Source of the DNA: an uncultured Fibrobacterota bacterium
GTDB lineage: Bacteria; Fibrobacterota; Chitinivibrionia; Chitinivibrionales; FEN-1185
Assembly: GCA_963753345.1 (NCBI GenBank)
Contig: CAVWBU010000049.1
Location: 1 to 64,000 of the forward strand
Direction: 5' to 3'
DNA: 64,000 nt
The position numbers and the translations under genes are program-made. A model generated the notes under the pieces. It was not told where the DNA came from, searched no databases, and worked only from the letters and a program-made list of their open reading frames with translations. Shown in pieces: positions 11,285 through 21,811 of this stretch (positions are counted from its first letter, which is position 1; every line of letters begins with the position of its first letter).

Positions 11285-12301
11285 ATGGGAACGAAGAAAG
11301 GAAATCGTATGGAAAATGGAAAACGCACTCCAAAGATGTCGGAAACGCAGCGCATGATTCGAAGCGCGGAGAAATTATTGGATGGCCCGTTAATTTCTTA
11401 TTGGAATTCCGCAACTACAGGCAGAATATTTTCATATTGTGCGGAGGCGTTACAAGTACTGCTTGGGGATTTGCCTTTTTCAAATAACCTTTATCTTTGC
11501 CTCACCTCAAACGGTGGTAACGGGCTGGCATCGCTTCGAATCGCCAATCTTCTCCGATGCAAATGCAAAAAGCTGATTGTTCTTGTCCCGATGAGGGCGC
11601 ACTCGGCGGCAACCATGCTTGCGCTTGCGGCTGATGAAATTCATCTTGCCCCGCATGCCAACCTAAGTCCAGTAGACACATCGATACAGCATTCACTTTG
11701 TCCGGTAAATCAATCGAACGATCAGGCGAATGTCGGTCAGGACGAACTTTCGCGGATCGTGGCATTATGGCGCAAGGAATCAAAATCAGAAGCAGTCAAT
11801 CCCTATGCTGAATTATGGCGATATATTCACCCGTTGGTCATCGGCGCGGTAGACAGGGCAAATTCTCTGTCCTTGAAATTGTGTGAAACGCTCTTGGCGT
11901 ATCATATGAAGAATCCGGCATTGCGGAGAAAAATCGCGACCGCTCTTACCAGCGCGTACCCGGCGCATGATTATCCTATCCTTTTTCCAGAAGCAAAAGA
12001 AATGGGCATTCCGGTTAAAAGAATGGAACAAGACCTTGAAAATATTCTCGCTTCTCTTCAGCAATATTATGTGGAAGCGGGCGAGTTAAAAAGAATAGAT
12101 AAGGACCAGGACCAACACCACGACCATGAAATCCCAACCCTGGCCGAACGAACTGGCCAAATGGTACTTTTCCGTTCCGATCACGACTGGTATTATCGAA
12201 GCCAAGAACGCAGATGGATGCAAATGCACCAGAGAGATAGCTGGTATACGGCGGAATTAAGAAAAGGAAAGACGGTTGAGAGGGCGCTGCATATTCAGTG
12301 A
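11285..12301 (+). CDS. Clp-fold serine protease (SDH_sah / ClpP-crotonase-like)
   Basis: LTSNGG, VPMRAHSAATMLALAADEI (catalytic Ser), LSPVD, YPAHDYPI. Confidence 0.85.
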   Translation: MGTKKGNRMENGKRTPKMSETQRMIRSAEKLLDGPLISYWNSATTGRIFSYCAEALQVLLGDLPFSNNLYLCLTSNGGNGLASLRIANLLRCKCKKLIVLVPMRAHSAATMLALAADEIHLAPHANLSPVDTSIQHSLCPVNQSNDQANVGQDELSRIVALWRKESKSEAVNPYAELWRYIHPLVIGAVDRANSLSLKLCETLLAYHMKNPALRRKIATALTSAYPAHDYPILFPEAKEMGIPVKRMEQDLENILASLQQYYVEAGELKRIDKDQDQHHDHEIPTLAERTGQMVLFRSDHDWYYRSQERRWMQMHQRDSWYTAELRKGKTVERALHIQ

Positions 12302-12435
12302 TTATTTAAGGAAATCCACGGTGGAACAAAACCGCGCTTTCAAAACGGCAAAACGCTGAAGAATGTGATGAATGAACGGATGCTGGGCGAATTCACTTTT
12401 TCGCCGAATTATCATGGGCGATGAACTTGGCGTGG

Positions 12436-13431
12436 TTAGGCTGCAAGTGGTGCATTCAGTCTGCCATAGAATTTATCCAATACGGAGAGCAGTCGCTGCT
12501 TAGTATCCTCTAGAGAATGTTTGTATTCGATAAAACCATCCTTGTCTAAGAGTCCAACATCGAAAGAGGCGATGGTTTTTGTGTCACCAATCTTGTTGAG
12601 GGCGTGAAAACTGGGGGCAATTCCAAAATCAACCTGTTTCCATTCATCAATCGCCTTTTGTACGATATCACGTTTTGTTTCCGCTGGTTCTTTATCAAAA
12701 GACATTTTCAGATTGAGCTTGCCGTTATAGTTAATCTCCATATAGAAAGGTTCCTGCCTCCGTCCGAAGTTCATAATAGTATCCGGCCTTGATCCATAAC
12801 AACCGCAAGTCATTTCAACGGCTGAATGATCTTTCCGTAATTGTGGCTCTATCATCTCCGCAAGATGCCCAAAGAGATAAATGTTCCAGTTCGTCTTTGG
12901 CCGATACTCTCCTATACGAGACTTGTCTATGCGAGCCGCTCTATCCTGTAAATCAATTTCTCTACGGATTTCGTCAAGCCAGTGTTCAATGATGCTATCT
13001 CGCGTCTTGATGACCTCTAGGGCTTTCTGAAATTTACGTATACGAACCCAAGAAAAACGATTGCTACGTGGAGCATGATAATACTCTCCAATTCCGAGAG
13101 TTACAAATAGGTAGGCATCACATGAGGGCCATTTGGAAGCATATCGAACCGTCTGGTAATTTTCCATCTTGAAGCCACCTTCGTGATCATGGACCTTAAT
13201 CTCAATGAGAATGCTCGGTTCAGCTCTGTCATGATCGAATATTGCAAGGTCAACAGATTTCCATTCCCTTTCAAGACGTGGACTAAATGGCACTCTAACA
13301 CCAAGGGCGCTTAGGAACGATTCTAATGGCTCGCGGTTCCCTTCCTGGTGCAGTACATAGAGGTAGTTGATCAGGCCACAGTGGACTTTCCCCAAAGAAT
13401 AGCCAAGCGAACGTACGATGTTGGCCATCAA
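12436..13431 (-). CDS. PD-(D/E)XK nuclease superfamily protein
   Basis: REWKSVDLAIF...ILIEIKV...NYQTVRY; AT-richer than the flanks. Confidence 0.7.
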   Translation of the reverse strand: MMANIVRSLGYSLGKVHCGLINYLYVLHQEGNREPLESFLSALGVRVPFSPRLEREWKSVDLAIFDHDRAEPSILIEIKVHDHEGGFKMENYQTVRYASKWPSCDAYLFVTLGIGEYYHAPRSNRFSWVRIRKFQKALEVIKTRDSIIEHWLDEIRREIDLQDRAARIDKSRIGEYRPKTNWNIYLFGHLAEMIEPQLRKDHSAVEMTCGCYGSRPDTIMNFGRRQEPFYMEINYNGKLNLKMSFDKEPAETKRDIVQKAIDEWKQVDFGIAPSFHALNKIGDTKTIASFDVGLLDKDGFIEYKHSLEDTKQRLLSVLDKFYGRLNAPLAA

Positions 13432-13644
13432 CTTCTCTCCTTTTCAGAGCTTAACATTTTGTGCTTCGCACGGGTGCCCTGTCTGACCCAAAATGACAAA
13501 GTGTGCCACTATCGTCACTCGATAGTGCTCTTGACCGTTGCTTAGAACTAATTGTCAACTATTCCACAAGTCAAGAATCCTCCACCTTAAACAATTCCAA
13601 TGGTCCGGGCGCCCGACGCATTGAAGGACAATAGGAATGTTCCC

Positions 13645-14826
13645 TTATTTCAGGGCAACGACCTTCTCTGCAAAATCCTTTTCATGGGCGGAAATTATTA
13701 AAATGTTTTTTTCAACGGAATAACTCTCTTTTCCTGCGTACACAAGAAAACCTCTTTCGGCTTTAATGTCGGCCATCACCTGCGTAAGGTCTTTGATCCA
13801 TTTCTTGTCAATTCTGCTGCCGAGTTTGATTTCTACGGCGGAACGAATCCCTGATTTTTCAAAAACAAGATCGGCTTCCAAACCAATCTGGGTCCGGTAA
13901 AAAAAGAAACCGCCGGGAACATACCGGGCATGTTCATGTCTGATAATTTCTTCAATGATAAAACCTTCCCAGCTGCTGCCGCAATAGGGAGAATTGCGCA
14001 AGGCTTCCATGGTTCCTATTCCTAAAAGGTAATGACGGAGTCCGCTGTCTCTAATAAATATCTTTGGAGATTTTGTCAAACGTTTGCCGATGTTCACAAA
14101 ATACGGCTGAATGATTCGGATAAGGAAAGCGCTTTCAAGAATCTCCAGATAGCGGTTGACCGTGTGGTAGCTCACGCCCGTCGAAGAGGCGATCTGCGAG
14201 GCGTTCCAAAGCCCTCCATGGACATGAGAGATCATTACAAGAATTTTTCTCATCAACGAAGATTGAATGTCCATGTGGAACCGGGGCAAGTCTCGCTCAA
14301 TAAAAGTCCTTATATATGCTTCAAGCCATGCAAAACGTTTTTCGTGATTATGCACCCGTGCGGCAGGTGCGTATCCGCCCCTCACCCACAAATCATTCAT
14401 CGCCAATGGGGGAGCCCCATAGCGGCACTCCCGGGTTGTAAGCGGATCAAGATCTAAAAATCCGATCCTTCCCGCAAGGGATTCGGAAGCGTTCTTTAGT
14501 AATGAAGGATTTGCCGATCCGAGGATAAGAAACCGGCCATTCTTTTTTCTGTTTTCATCAATGACCACTTTGAGGGCAGGCATCAGCTCGGGAACGGACT
14601 GTATTTCATCCAGAATGAGAAGTTTTTCCGACTGTACCAGGAACAGCTCCGGATCGAGGCGTACACGGTCCTGAACAGCAGGGCTTTCAAGATCATAATA
14701 CTGCGCGCCGGGAAAGCTCATGCGCGTGAGGGTTGTCTTTCCAACCTGACGTGACCCGAGGATGCAGACGCAGGGGAAATTGTCCAGGAGTTTCTTTAGC
14801 TTGGGGGTTGCTGCTCTTGTCCACAT
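13645..14826 (-). CDS. AAA ATPase (AAA_14 + DUF4143 type)
   Basis: GSRQVGKTT Walker A, LILDEIQ Walker B, ESLAGR, KSPKIFIRDSG, EADLV..AVEIK. Confidence 0.9.
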   Translation of the reverse strand: MWTRAATPKLKKLLDNFPCVCILGSRQVGKTTLTRMSFPGAQYYDLESPAVQDRVRLDPELFLVQSEKLLILDEIQSVPELMPALKVVIDENRKKNGRFLILGSANPSLLKNASESLAGRIGFLDLDPLTTRECRYGAPPLAMNDLWVRGGYAPAARVHNHEKRFAWLEAYIRTFIERDLPRFHMDIQSSLMRKILVMISHVHGGLWNASQIASSTGVSYHTVNRYLEILESAFLIRIIQPYFVNIGKRLTKSPKIFIRDSGLRHYLLGIGTMEALRNSPYCGSSWEGFIIEEIIRHEHARYVPGGFFFYRTQIGLEADLVFEKSGIRSAVEIKLGSRIDKKWIKDLTQVMADIKAERGFLVYAGKESYSVEKNILIISAHEKDFAEKVVALK

Positions 14827-14966
14827 GCTTGAAATATAGAAGTTCCACTTCTAATTTGCAAGATATAAGCAACACGTTATTTCACCAAGAACGCCCTCTC
14901 TTCTTGATGGTAGTCTGGGCACCCGTGCGTTCCCCTCGCCTTCGTCAAGACAAACAAAGAATACTT

Positions 14967-15408
14967 GGGCGCCCCGCGGCTTCGCCGCGGCGGCCCTCCT
15001 TCCAGTCCACCCCTTCGGGTGCTTCGAGGCGTCGTCGGCCGCAGGCCTCGGGCGGCCTGTCACAAAGGCCCTAGGGGCCGTGGTCAGGCGGCAATTCGCT
15101 TCAGCTCACCTTCCAGTCCGGCCTGGCGCGCGGCAGAGGAAGTCTCGTCAGTCAACTACTCCGTCTCACGCCAATCAGTGTCCAAAACAACCATACGAAA
15201 CCGCGTTAACGCCTCTGTATGTCAATTTCTAAACCTCTTAACTCCTCCACTATTAAACTGCTCCACGTGGGTGCCGCCACAACAATGCATGGTCTAGCAT
15301 CTGCTTTATCAAGGCGGCCACCCTGGAGGGGGTAGCGGAGGACCGGCGCAACGTACGGTGATCGAATTATAGGCGCGCCGGGTCGGAGCGAGGGGGAGCC
15401 TTCCCCCA
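14967..15408 (+). repeat. Composite structured repeat (module 1 + linker + module 2), copy C
   Basis: Module 1 14967-15130; module 2 GGTGCCGCCACAACAATG...GGGGGAGCCTTCCCCCA 15270-15408; a truncated module-1 start at about 14927-14946. Confidence 0.85.
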
Positions 15409-15545
15409 CATGAAAACTCTTTCATATAGTAATTAAAAAAGCACAGGGAAAATCGGCACAATATCCCTTAACCCTCCTCCATCCCCACATCATATTTTTC
15501 CCAGATCAATCAAGCAAAATCTTCTTTTTCAATAGCGAGTCTCCC

Positions 15546-18489
15546 ATGCCCCGTCTCTTCGACCTGCTTTCCGAAAACACCAGCGACAAAACCATTTCCT
15601 CGCTCCGGAAGATCGCGGGAAAAGGGGACACAGAGGGACCGGGACAGAGGCAGGCGCAGATGGCGGCGGCAGCCGGCCAGGCGGGCGGACAGGCCGTTCA
15701 AGAAGCACGATCTGTACAACAAGCTCGATTTCGTGGCGCTCGACCTGGAGACCACCGGGCTCGATTCAAAGACCGACCGTATCATCGAGATCGGGGCGGT
15801 GAGGTTTGCAAACGGGAAAGCGGGCGAGGAGTACAGCACGTTTGTAAATCCCGGGATGCCGGTGCCGGAGCACATCACCCGGCTCACGGGCATCACCAGC
15901 GAGCAGGTCGCGCCCGCGCCCGCGTTCAGGGACATTGCGGGAAAGCTTATCGAGTTTATTGCAGACATGCCGCTGTGCGGCCACCAGATCGATTTCGACA
16001 TCAACTTCCTCAACGAGGAGTTCAAGCGGATTTCGCTTCCCAAGGTGTTTCTGCAGCAGATCGACACCGCGCTCATTTCCCGCATTGTAAACCTGCCCGT
16101 CACGCGCTACACGCTCGGGAGCGTGGCGCGGGCGCTCGGCGTGCCGCTCGAAAACGCGCACCGCGCGCTCGACGACGCGCGCGCCTCGGGCATGGCCGCG
16201 CTCGCGCTTCTGCCCAAACTGGCGCAGATCCCGGTCGCGACGCGGGCGGTGATGGCGCACGCGGCCCCGCCCTCGGTGGTCAAACATTTTCTGGTCAAGT
16301 CGCTCGAGAAGGAATCGTATTCGCTCGACCTCACGCCGCCCGTGCTGCCGCGCGCCCCCAAGAAACTGTCGCCCGAGGACCCGCCCCGCCCGGTGGACGC
16401 GGCTGCTGTCACAGCCGCCTTTGAAGCCGGCGGCAGCCTTTCGCAGGCGATGAAGGGGTTTGCCGCGAGGCCTTCACAAACGCGAATGGCCGCCGCCGTT
16501 GCCGTCGGCGTTCAACGACAACACCTGCCTCGTGGCCGAAGCAGGCACCGGCACGGGAAAGTCGCTGGCCTATTTAGTGCCTGCCGCCCTGTACGCGCTC
16601 GCCAACAACTGCCGTGTTCTGGTGTCCACCCACACGCGCAACCTGCAGGACCAGCTCATTTCCAAGGACCTGCCTCTTGTCAAGAAGGTCGCGGGGGGCG
16701 ACCTGCGGTATTCGGTGCTCAAGGGACGGGCCAATTACCTGTGCCAGAACCGGTACCGCCGCCTCATTTCCGGCGAGCTCGGCGATTTTTCGTACCGCGA
16801 ACGCATGGGCATGCTGCCGCTTATAAGGTGGGCGCAGGAGACCCAGACCGGCGACATCGAGGAGCAGAACGAATTCAACATCGGTGGTATTCGCGCGTGT
16901 GGCGCTCGATATCATCCGAGGCGCATTTCTGCGAGGGACGCCGCTGCAAAGAATATGCATGCTGCTTTCTCCAGCAGGCGCGGCAGCGGGCGCTGGGCTC
17001 GCACATCGTGGTGATCAACCACGCGCTGTTCTACTCGGAGATCTGCGCGGAATCCTCCTTTCTCGGGAAAATCGGCCCCATTGTTTTCGACGAGGCGCAC
17101 CATATCGAGGAGTGCGGTCATCGCTTCCTGCGCACCGAAGCCGACAGCAACCGGCTGGGGGCGTTTCTCGACACCATCACGAATCTCGAAAAGGAGATCG
17201 CCAAGGCCGGGGAAGGCAGGGACGCTCCGTTTACAGAAAAGGAATTCAAGCCGCTTGTAAAGCGGCTACGCGCCGAGGTGAAAGCATTTCTCGACTTCGG
17301 CCTGGCCTGGGCCCGATCGAAAACGCCGCCGTCGCCCGAGTTCCAGCTCGACATGGGCCCGGACGTGTTTTCCCAGAGCGGTGCCGCGGCATCGCTTGAC
17401 AGCGCGCTTGCCGACCTGCAGGACTGCCTGCGGCGGTACGGCCAGCTGTGCGAGACCGAGGCCTGTTCCGAATTAGTCAAGTCGCTGCACGGCGAGATCC
17501 TTTCTGCGGGCGACACGGCGTCGCAATTGCGCGCCGACCTTTCGTATCTGTGCGCTGCCGGAACCGACGACCACGTGTTCTGGGCCGAGGGGAACCTTGC
17601 CAAGGGGTGGATCAAACTTCTCGGCGTGCCGCTGGATATCGGCGCGATCCTCGCCTCAATTTGGGAAAAGAACGCCGCCGGCATGGTATTCACGTCCGCG
17701 ACGCTTTCGGTGTGCGGCTCCATGGAATATTTCGAGCGCAAGGCCGGCCTTCTGGCGAACCCCGCGGTGAAAACGGCGGCAGAAGTGTTCGAAAGCCCGT
17801 TTGTGGCCTCGCAGGCGGTCCGCTGCGGAGTGCGGTCGGCGCCCGCGGTCGAATCGCCCGACTACCCGGCCTACGCCGCCGGCGCGATCACGGAGATGCT
17901 TGCCGCATTTGACAAGAACATCCTCGCGCTCTTCACGTCCAACGCCATGCTCGCCGCGGTGTACGAGCGGCTCAGGCAGCAGGTGTCGAAGAACGATTGC
18001 ACGATCCTCGCGCAGGGATTTTCGGGCAACCGCCAGGCCATCCTCGACGAATTCAGGCACACGCGGCGCGCGGTGCTGCTCGGCGCGGACAGCTTCTGGG
18101 AAGGCATCGACGTGCCCGGTAAGGCGTGCGAAATCGTGGTGATCGCGCGGCTGCCCTTCCCGGTTCCGACGCACCCGCTCACCCGGGCGCTGTGCCGAAA
18201 ATGCGAAGAGGAAACGGGCGAATCGTTCATGGCGTATTCGGTGCCCGAGGCGATCATCAGGTTCAGGCAGGGCACGGGCAGGCTCATACGGTCGCACAGC
18301 GACCGGGGAGCGCTGGTGGTGCTTGACAACAGGATGTTCACCAAGGGGTACGGAGCGCGGTTCGCCTCCTGCCTCGACGGCGGGTTCGAGCAGTGCGCCG
18401 ACCTGCCCGATCTTCTGCGCCGGATGAGGGCATTCTTTGCAAACGAGACTGCCCCGGCGCTCACCTACGTGCCTTACGAGGACGCATGA
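15546..18489 (+). CDS. dinG: DnaQ-type exonuclease / DinG-family helicase fusion (apparent frameshifts)
   Basis: ALDLETTG and HRALDDA exonuclease motifs; Walker A EAGTGTGKS in alternative-frame ORF 16460..17014; DEAHH, TSATL, FWEGID, RQGTGRLIR; the 15546 start requires a further shift. Confidence 0.85.
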
Positions 18490-18983
18490 AAACAATCGCA
18501 ACGGTCCTTTCGCTCTGCGCCGCGCTCGCATGCGGGTGCGGCGTGTATACGTTCAACGGCTCCACGCTTCCCGCGCATCTGAAAACCGTCGACATACCGC
18601 TGTTCGGCAACCAGTCGCTCCAGCCAGGCGTGGCCGACGACATCACGGCGCAGCTTGCCACCAAGATCGTCTCGATGAACCTGCTTCGCGTTGCGTCAAG
18701 CGGCGGCGACGCGACCCTGCGGGGCAAGGTGGTCGATTACAGCAACACGCCGCTCACCTACGGCACCACGGGCGCGCGCCAGGTGACGATAAGCCAGTAC
18801 GTAGTGCATATTACCGTAGAGGTGGAATTCCTCGACAACAAGGCGAATTCGCCTTTGTTCAAGGGAACGGTGACCGGGGAAGGCGTGTATAATTTTCAGA
18901 CCCAGACCGAGGCGAACGGCCGTACGACCGCCGAGGCCGACGTGGTGCAGCAAATCCTGCAGAAATCGGTGCAGAGCTGGTAG
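18486..18983 (+). CDS. LptE-family lipoprotein
   Basis: Lipobox followed by GVYTFNGSTLPAHLKTVDIPLF; ends in SW; ATGA-coupled to dinG. Confidence 0.75.
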   Translation: MKTIATVLSLCAALACGCGVYTFNGSTLPAHLKTVDIPLFGNQSLQPGVADDITAQLATKIVSMNLLRVASSGGDATLRGKVVDYSNTPLTYGTTGARQVTISQYVVHITVEVEFLDNKANSPLFKGTVTGEGVYNFQTQTEANGRTTAEADVVQQILQKSVQSW

Positions 18984-19045
18984 GGGTGGGCCGACGACGA
19001 GGTCTCTGGATATTTAACAGGCTAGCAGGTTGTTGGGGAACTAAA

Positions 19046-19138
19046 CGTTCACCCTTCGACAGGCTCAGGGCGAACGGAAAAGAGCTGAAACATGCACGGA
19101 ATCGCCGTTCGTGGTGAGCGTGTCGAACCATGAACGGC
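19046..19138. repeat. REP-like inverted doublet (TTCGAC...GCTCA family)
   Basis: CGTTCACCCTTCGACAGGCTCAGGGCGAACGG and an inverted CCGTTCGTGGTGAGCGTGTCGAACCATGAACGG between convergent genes. Confidence 0.75.
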
Positions 19139-19166
19139 ACAAAAGGGAGCTTCTCAGCGACCTGCT

Positions 19167-19484
19167 CTAGTACCGCCGCTCTCTTCTTCCGCCGCCCCTG
19201 CCCTCACGGTCGCGTTCGCGGTGAGGACGGCCGCTGGGAAGCGCCTCGCGGTCCCAGGCCTTGTTCACGCGAAGCGGCCGGCCGCCGAATTCCTTGCCGT
19301 TGAGTTCCGCAATCGCGTTCTCCGCGTTTTCCATGTCGACGAAACCGAAACAGCGGGAGCGGTGACGCTTGCCGTGGGTGATGATTTTTGCGGACCGCAC
19401 GGCGCCATGCTGCTGGAAATGCTCCTTGAGCTGTTCCTCGGTGGCGTCATGCGGAAGATTGCTTACGAAGATCTTTTCTATCAA
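19167..19484 (-). CDS. RRM RNA-binding protein
   Basis: RNP2 IFVSNL and RNP1 RCFGFVDM; AGGAGG RBS before the TTG start. Confidence 0.9.
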   Translation of the reverse strand: MIEKIFVSNLPHDATEEQLKEHFQQHGAVRSAKIITHGKRHRSRCFGFVDMENAENAIAELNGKEFGGRPLRVNKAWDREALPSGRPHRERDREGRGGGRRERRY

Positions 19485-19610
19485 GATTTCCTCCTGTTGT
19501 GGTTGACAAAAGACCGCCCGAATGGGCGGCGGACTTCCCCGATGCAAAAAAGCCCGTTCACAAAAGGTGGGCAGGCAGGCCCGCTTATGTCAGGCGCCTT
19601 CCACGGTATG

Positions 19611-19904
19611 CTACCAGGACCGCTGGCCCCCGAACTGGCCTCTGTTGCCGCCGCGGCCGCGGTCCTCGCGCTCGCGCGCCTCGTTGACCGTGAGCGCCCG
19701 GCCGCCGAGATCTTTCCCGTTGGTGCCGGCGATTGCCGCCTCCGCGTTTTCCATCTCCACAAAGCCGAACCCGCGCGATCTGCCGGTGTCGCGGTCTTTG
19801 ATGATGGTGACGGACTTCACTTCTCCAAACTGCGCGAACAGGGTCCTAAGTTCCTCTTCGGTCGTGGTGAAACTCAGGTTACCCACATAGAGCTTCTTGG
19901 ACAC
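19611..19904 (-). CDS. RRM RNA-binding protein
   Basis: KKLYVGNL, RSRGFGFVEM, Gly/Arg-rich tail; GGAGG RBS before the GTG start. Confidence 0.93.
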   Translation of the reverse strand: MSKKLYVGNLSFTTTEEELRTLFAQFGEVKSVTIIKDRDTGRSRGFGFVEMENAEAAIAGTNGKDLGGRALTVNEAREREDRGRGGNRGQFGGQRSW

Positions 19905-20002
19905 AACTTCCTCCCGTGACAAAAAGTGGACGGTACGTTACAATCCCGCGCGGCACGGGGCGCAACGCCGCATGCCCGACAGGAATGACAATTTCTATGC
20001 TG

Positions 20003-20332
20003 CTAGGCGCCTTCGTCGGCTGGGACTGGTTCAGAACCTTCCGGCTGGATTTGACTGATCCACACTTGAAGCGTGCCTATGATCTTCTTTGCCTGTTCCG
20101 CGCTGGAAATGTTGAACTTGGACTGCTGGCGGTAGTCGTCGTTGCGTTTGCGGTATCTGCGAATGGTAAAGAGGACGGGGCCGTAGCGCTGATTCGCGGC
20201 TTCCCACTGCTGATACTTGAACAGGATCGTCGCCCATGAGCCTTTGGAAAGGATGACTTTGTCAAGCTCCTTGACCAGAAGAACGCCGTTTTCCTCGTAA
20301 TTGATGGTGATTTCTTTTACATCGGACGGCAT
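20003..20332 (-). CDS. Conserved hypothetical protein
   Basis: 109-aa ORF with protein-like composition and a plausible RBS. Confidence 0.75.
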   Translation of the reverse strand: MPSDVKEITINYEENGVLLVKELDKVILSKGSWATILFKYQQWEAANQRYGPVLFTIRRYRKRNDDYRQQSKFNISSAEQAKKIIGTLQVWISQIQPEGSEPVPADEGA

Positions 20333-20569
20333 GCTGCGGTACCTTTGCCCGCGGGACCTACTCTATTTTGTCAAAGCCCAGGCCGCGTTTTGCCGCGGCA
20401 ATCGCCATGAGGCGCGGTTAGAAAGATACAATGGAATATAGCTCAAAGCAAGATTTTCCTTACTGGTTCGGGCGCCTGTTGCCCGTGGGCAGACCGAAAA
20501 CGTAGTTTACAATACCCTGCAATTTTAGATAACACGGATCGCATTCATGGCGTGAGTCCGGAGGGACAG

Positions 20570-21400
20570 ATGAAATTCGCAAAAGTTGAAGGCCTGGCAA
20601 ACGATTTTATCATTACCGGCGACACACTTTCCGATGCCGGGTTGCTTCCCGCGGTGAAACAAGCGGCGAGAGCATTGTGCGACCGGAGGCGCGGCATCGG
20701 CGCCGACGGCGTGCTGTGCGTTGTTCCGTCGTCGGCCGCGGATTTCGGCATGCGTGTGTTCAACGCGGACGGCAGCGAGGCGGAAATGTGCGGCAATGGC
20801 GTGCGGTGCTTTGCGCTGTACCTTAAAAACACGAAATTGTGGGACGGGCCGCGGCTTACGGTTGAGACCGCGGCAGGCATCATACGGACCTCGTTTGAAG
20901 GCAGCCAGGTCCGCGTCGACATGGGGCCGCCCGTTCTGGACGCGGCACGGATCCCGGTTGCCAGGAACTCGGGCGAGGCGATAGGGGAGATATTGTCTGT
21001 TGACAAAAAGGAGTTCACGGTCACTGCGGTGTCCATGGGAAATCCCCACGCCGTTGTCTACGCCGACGAACTCACCGATGAGCTGGTGCTCACGTACGGA
21101 AAGAGGCTCGAGTCGCATCCGTTCTTTCCGAAGAGGGTGAATGTAGAGTTCGTAAAAGTCCTTTCGAAGAGCGAAATCCGGATGCGGGTGTACGAGCGCG
21201 GGTGCGGGGAGACCATGGCCTGCGGCACCGGCGCCTGCGCGAGCGTGGTGTCGGGCGTGCTCAACGGTCTCCACGGAACAATGGTCACTGTGCATCTGCT
21301 CGGCGGCGACCTTCTCGTCGAATGGAGCGGCGACCGGAAAAGTCCTGTATATTTGACCGGTCCGGCGCGATGGGTGTATTCGGGTGAAATTGCGCTGTAA
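20570..21400 (+). CDS. dapF: Diaminopimelate epimerase
   Basis: NADGSEAEMCGNGVRC, SMGNPHAV, VYERGCGETMACGTG. Confidence 0.96.
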   Translation: MKFAKVEGLANDFIITGDTLSDAGLLPAVKQAARALCDRRRGIGADGVLCVVPSSAADFGMRVFNADGSEAEMCGNGVRCFALYLKNTKLWDGPRLTVETAAGIIRTSFEGSQVRVDMGPPVLDAARIPVARNSGEAIGEILSVDKKEFTVTAVSMGNPHAVVYADELTDELVLTYGKRLESHPFFPKRVNVEFVKVLSKSEIRMRVYERGCGETMACGTGACASVVSGVLNGLHGTMVTVHLLGGDLLVEWSGDRKSPVYLTGPARWVYSGEIAL

Positions 21401-21585
21401 GGGTCTGCGAAGTGGCCAAGCCGCAATAAATCCTCAGTGTCTTCGGATTGTCTGGCAAGCGCCTCGGATCGGCAGACAGGAAACCCCGCAAGCTTTTGTT
21501 CTGGCCGGAGAGGCGACCATTTTATATATTGGAAACCCGGCTTACGCCGTCATTTGCATTGGATCGGGTGGCGGTCGCTGCATTT

Positions 21586-21601
21586 TGGCCCCTTTCTTGC
21601 A
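21586..21601 (+). promoter_or_regulatory. Candidate sigma54 (-24/-12) promoter
   Basis: TGGCCCCTTTCTTGCA with exact GG-N10-GC spacing, about 210 bp upstream of the sigma factor gene. Confidence 0.4.
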
Positions 21602-21811
21602 GAGGAGAGATAGTGTCCGAAGTCGGTCACGGTATCGCGAAAAGGGATATTTCCGACAATAAAACGCAATGCCGGCTCGTAGTCGCCGTGAATCGAAATT
21701 GTGGGCTTTTTCATGCAAATATGGTACAATTGAACGGGCATTTATGGTCAAATCATACCCGTCCGCAGCGTTGAACCAGGGCCGGGCAACCCGATCGAAA
21801 GCTGATAAAAG

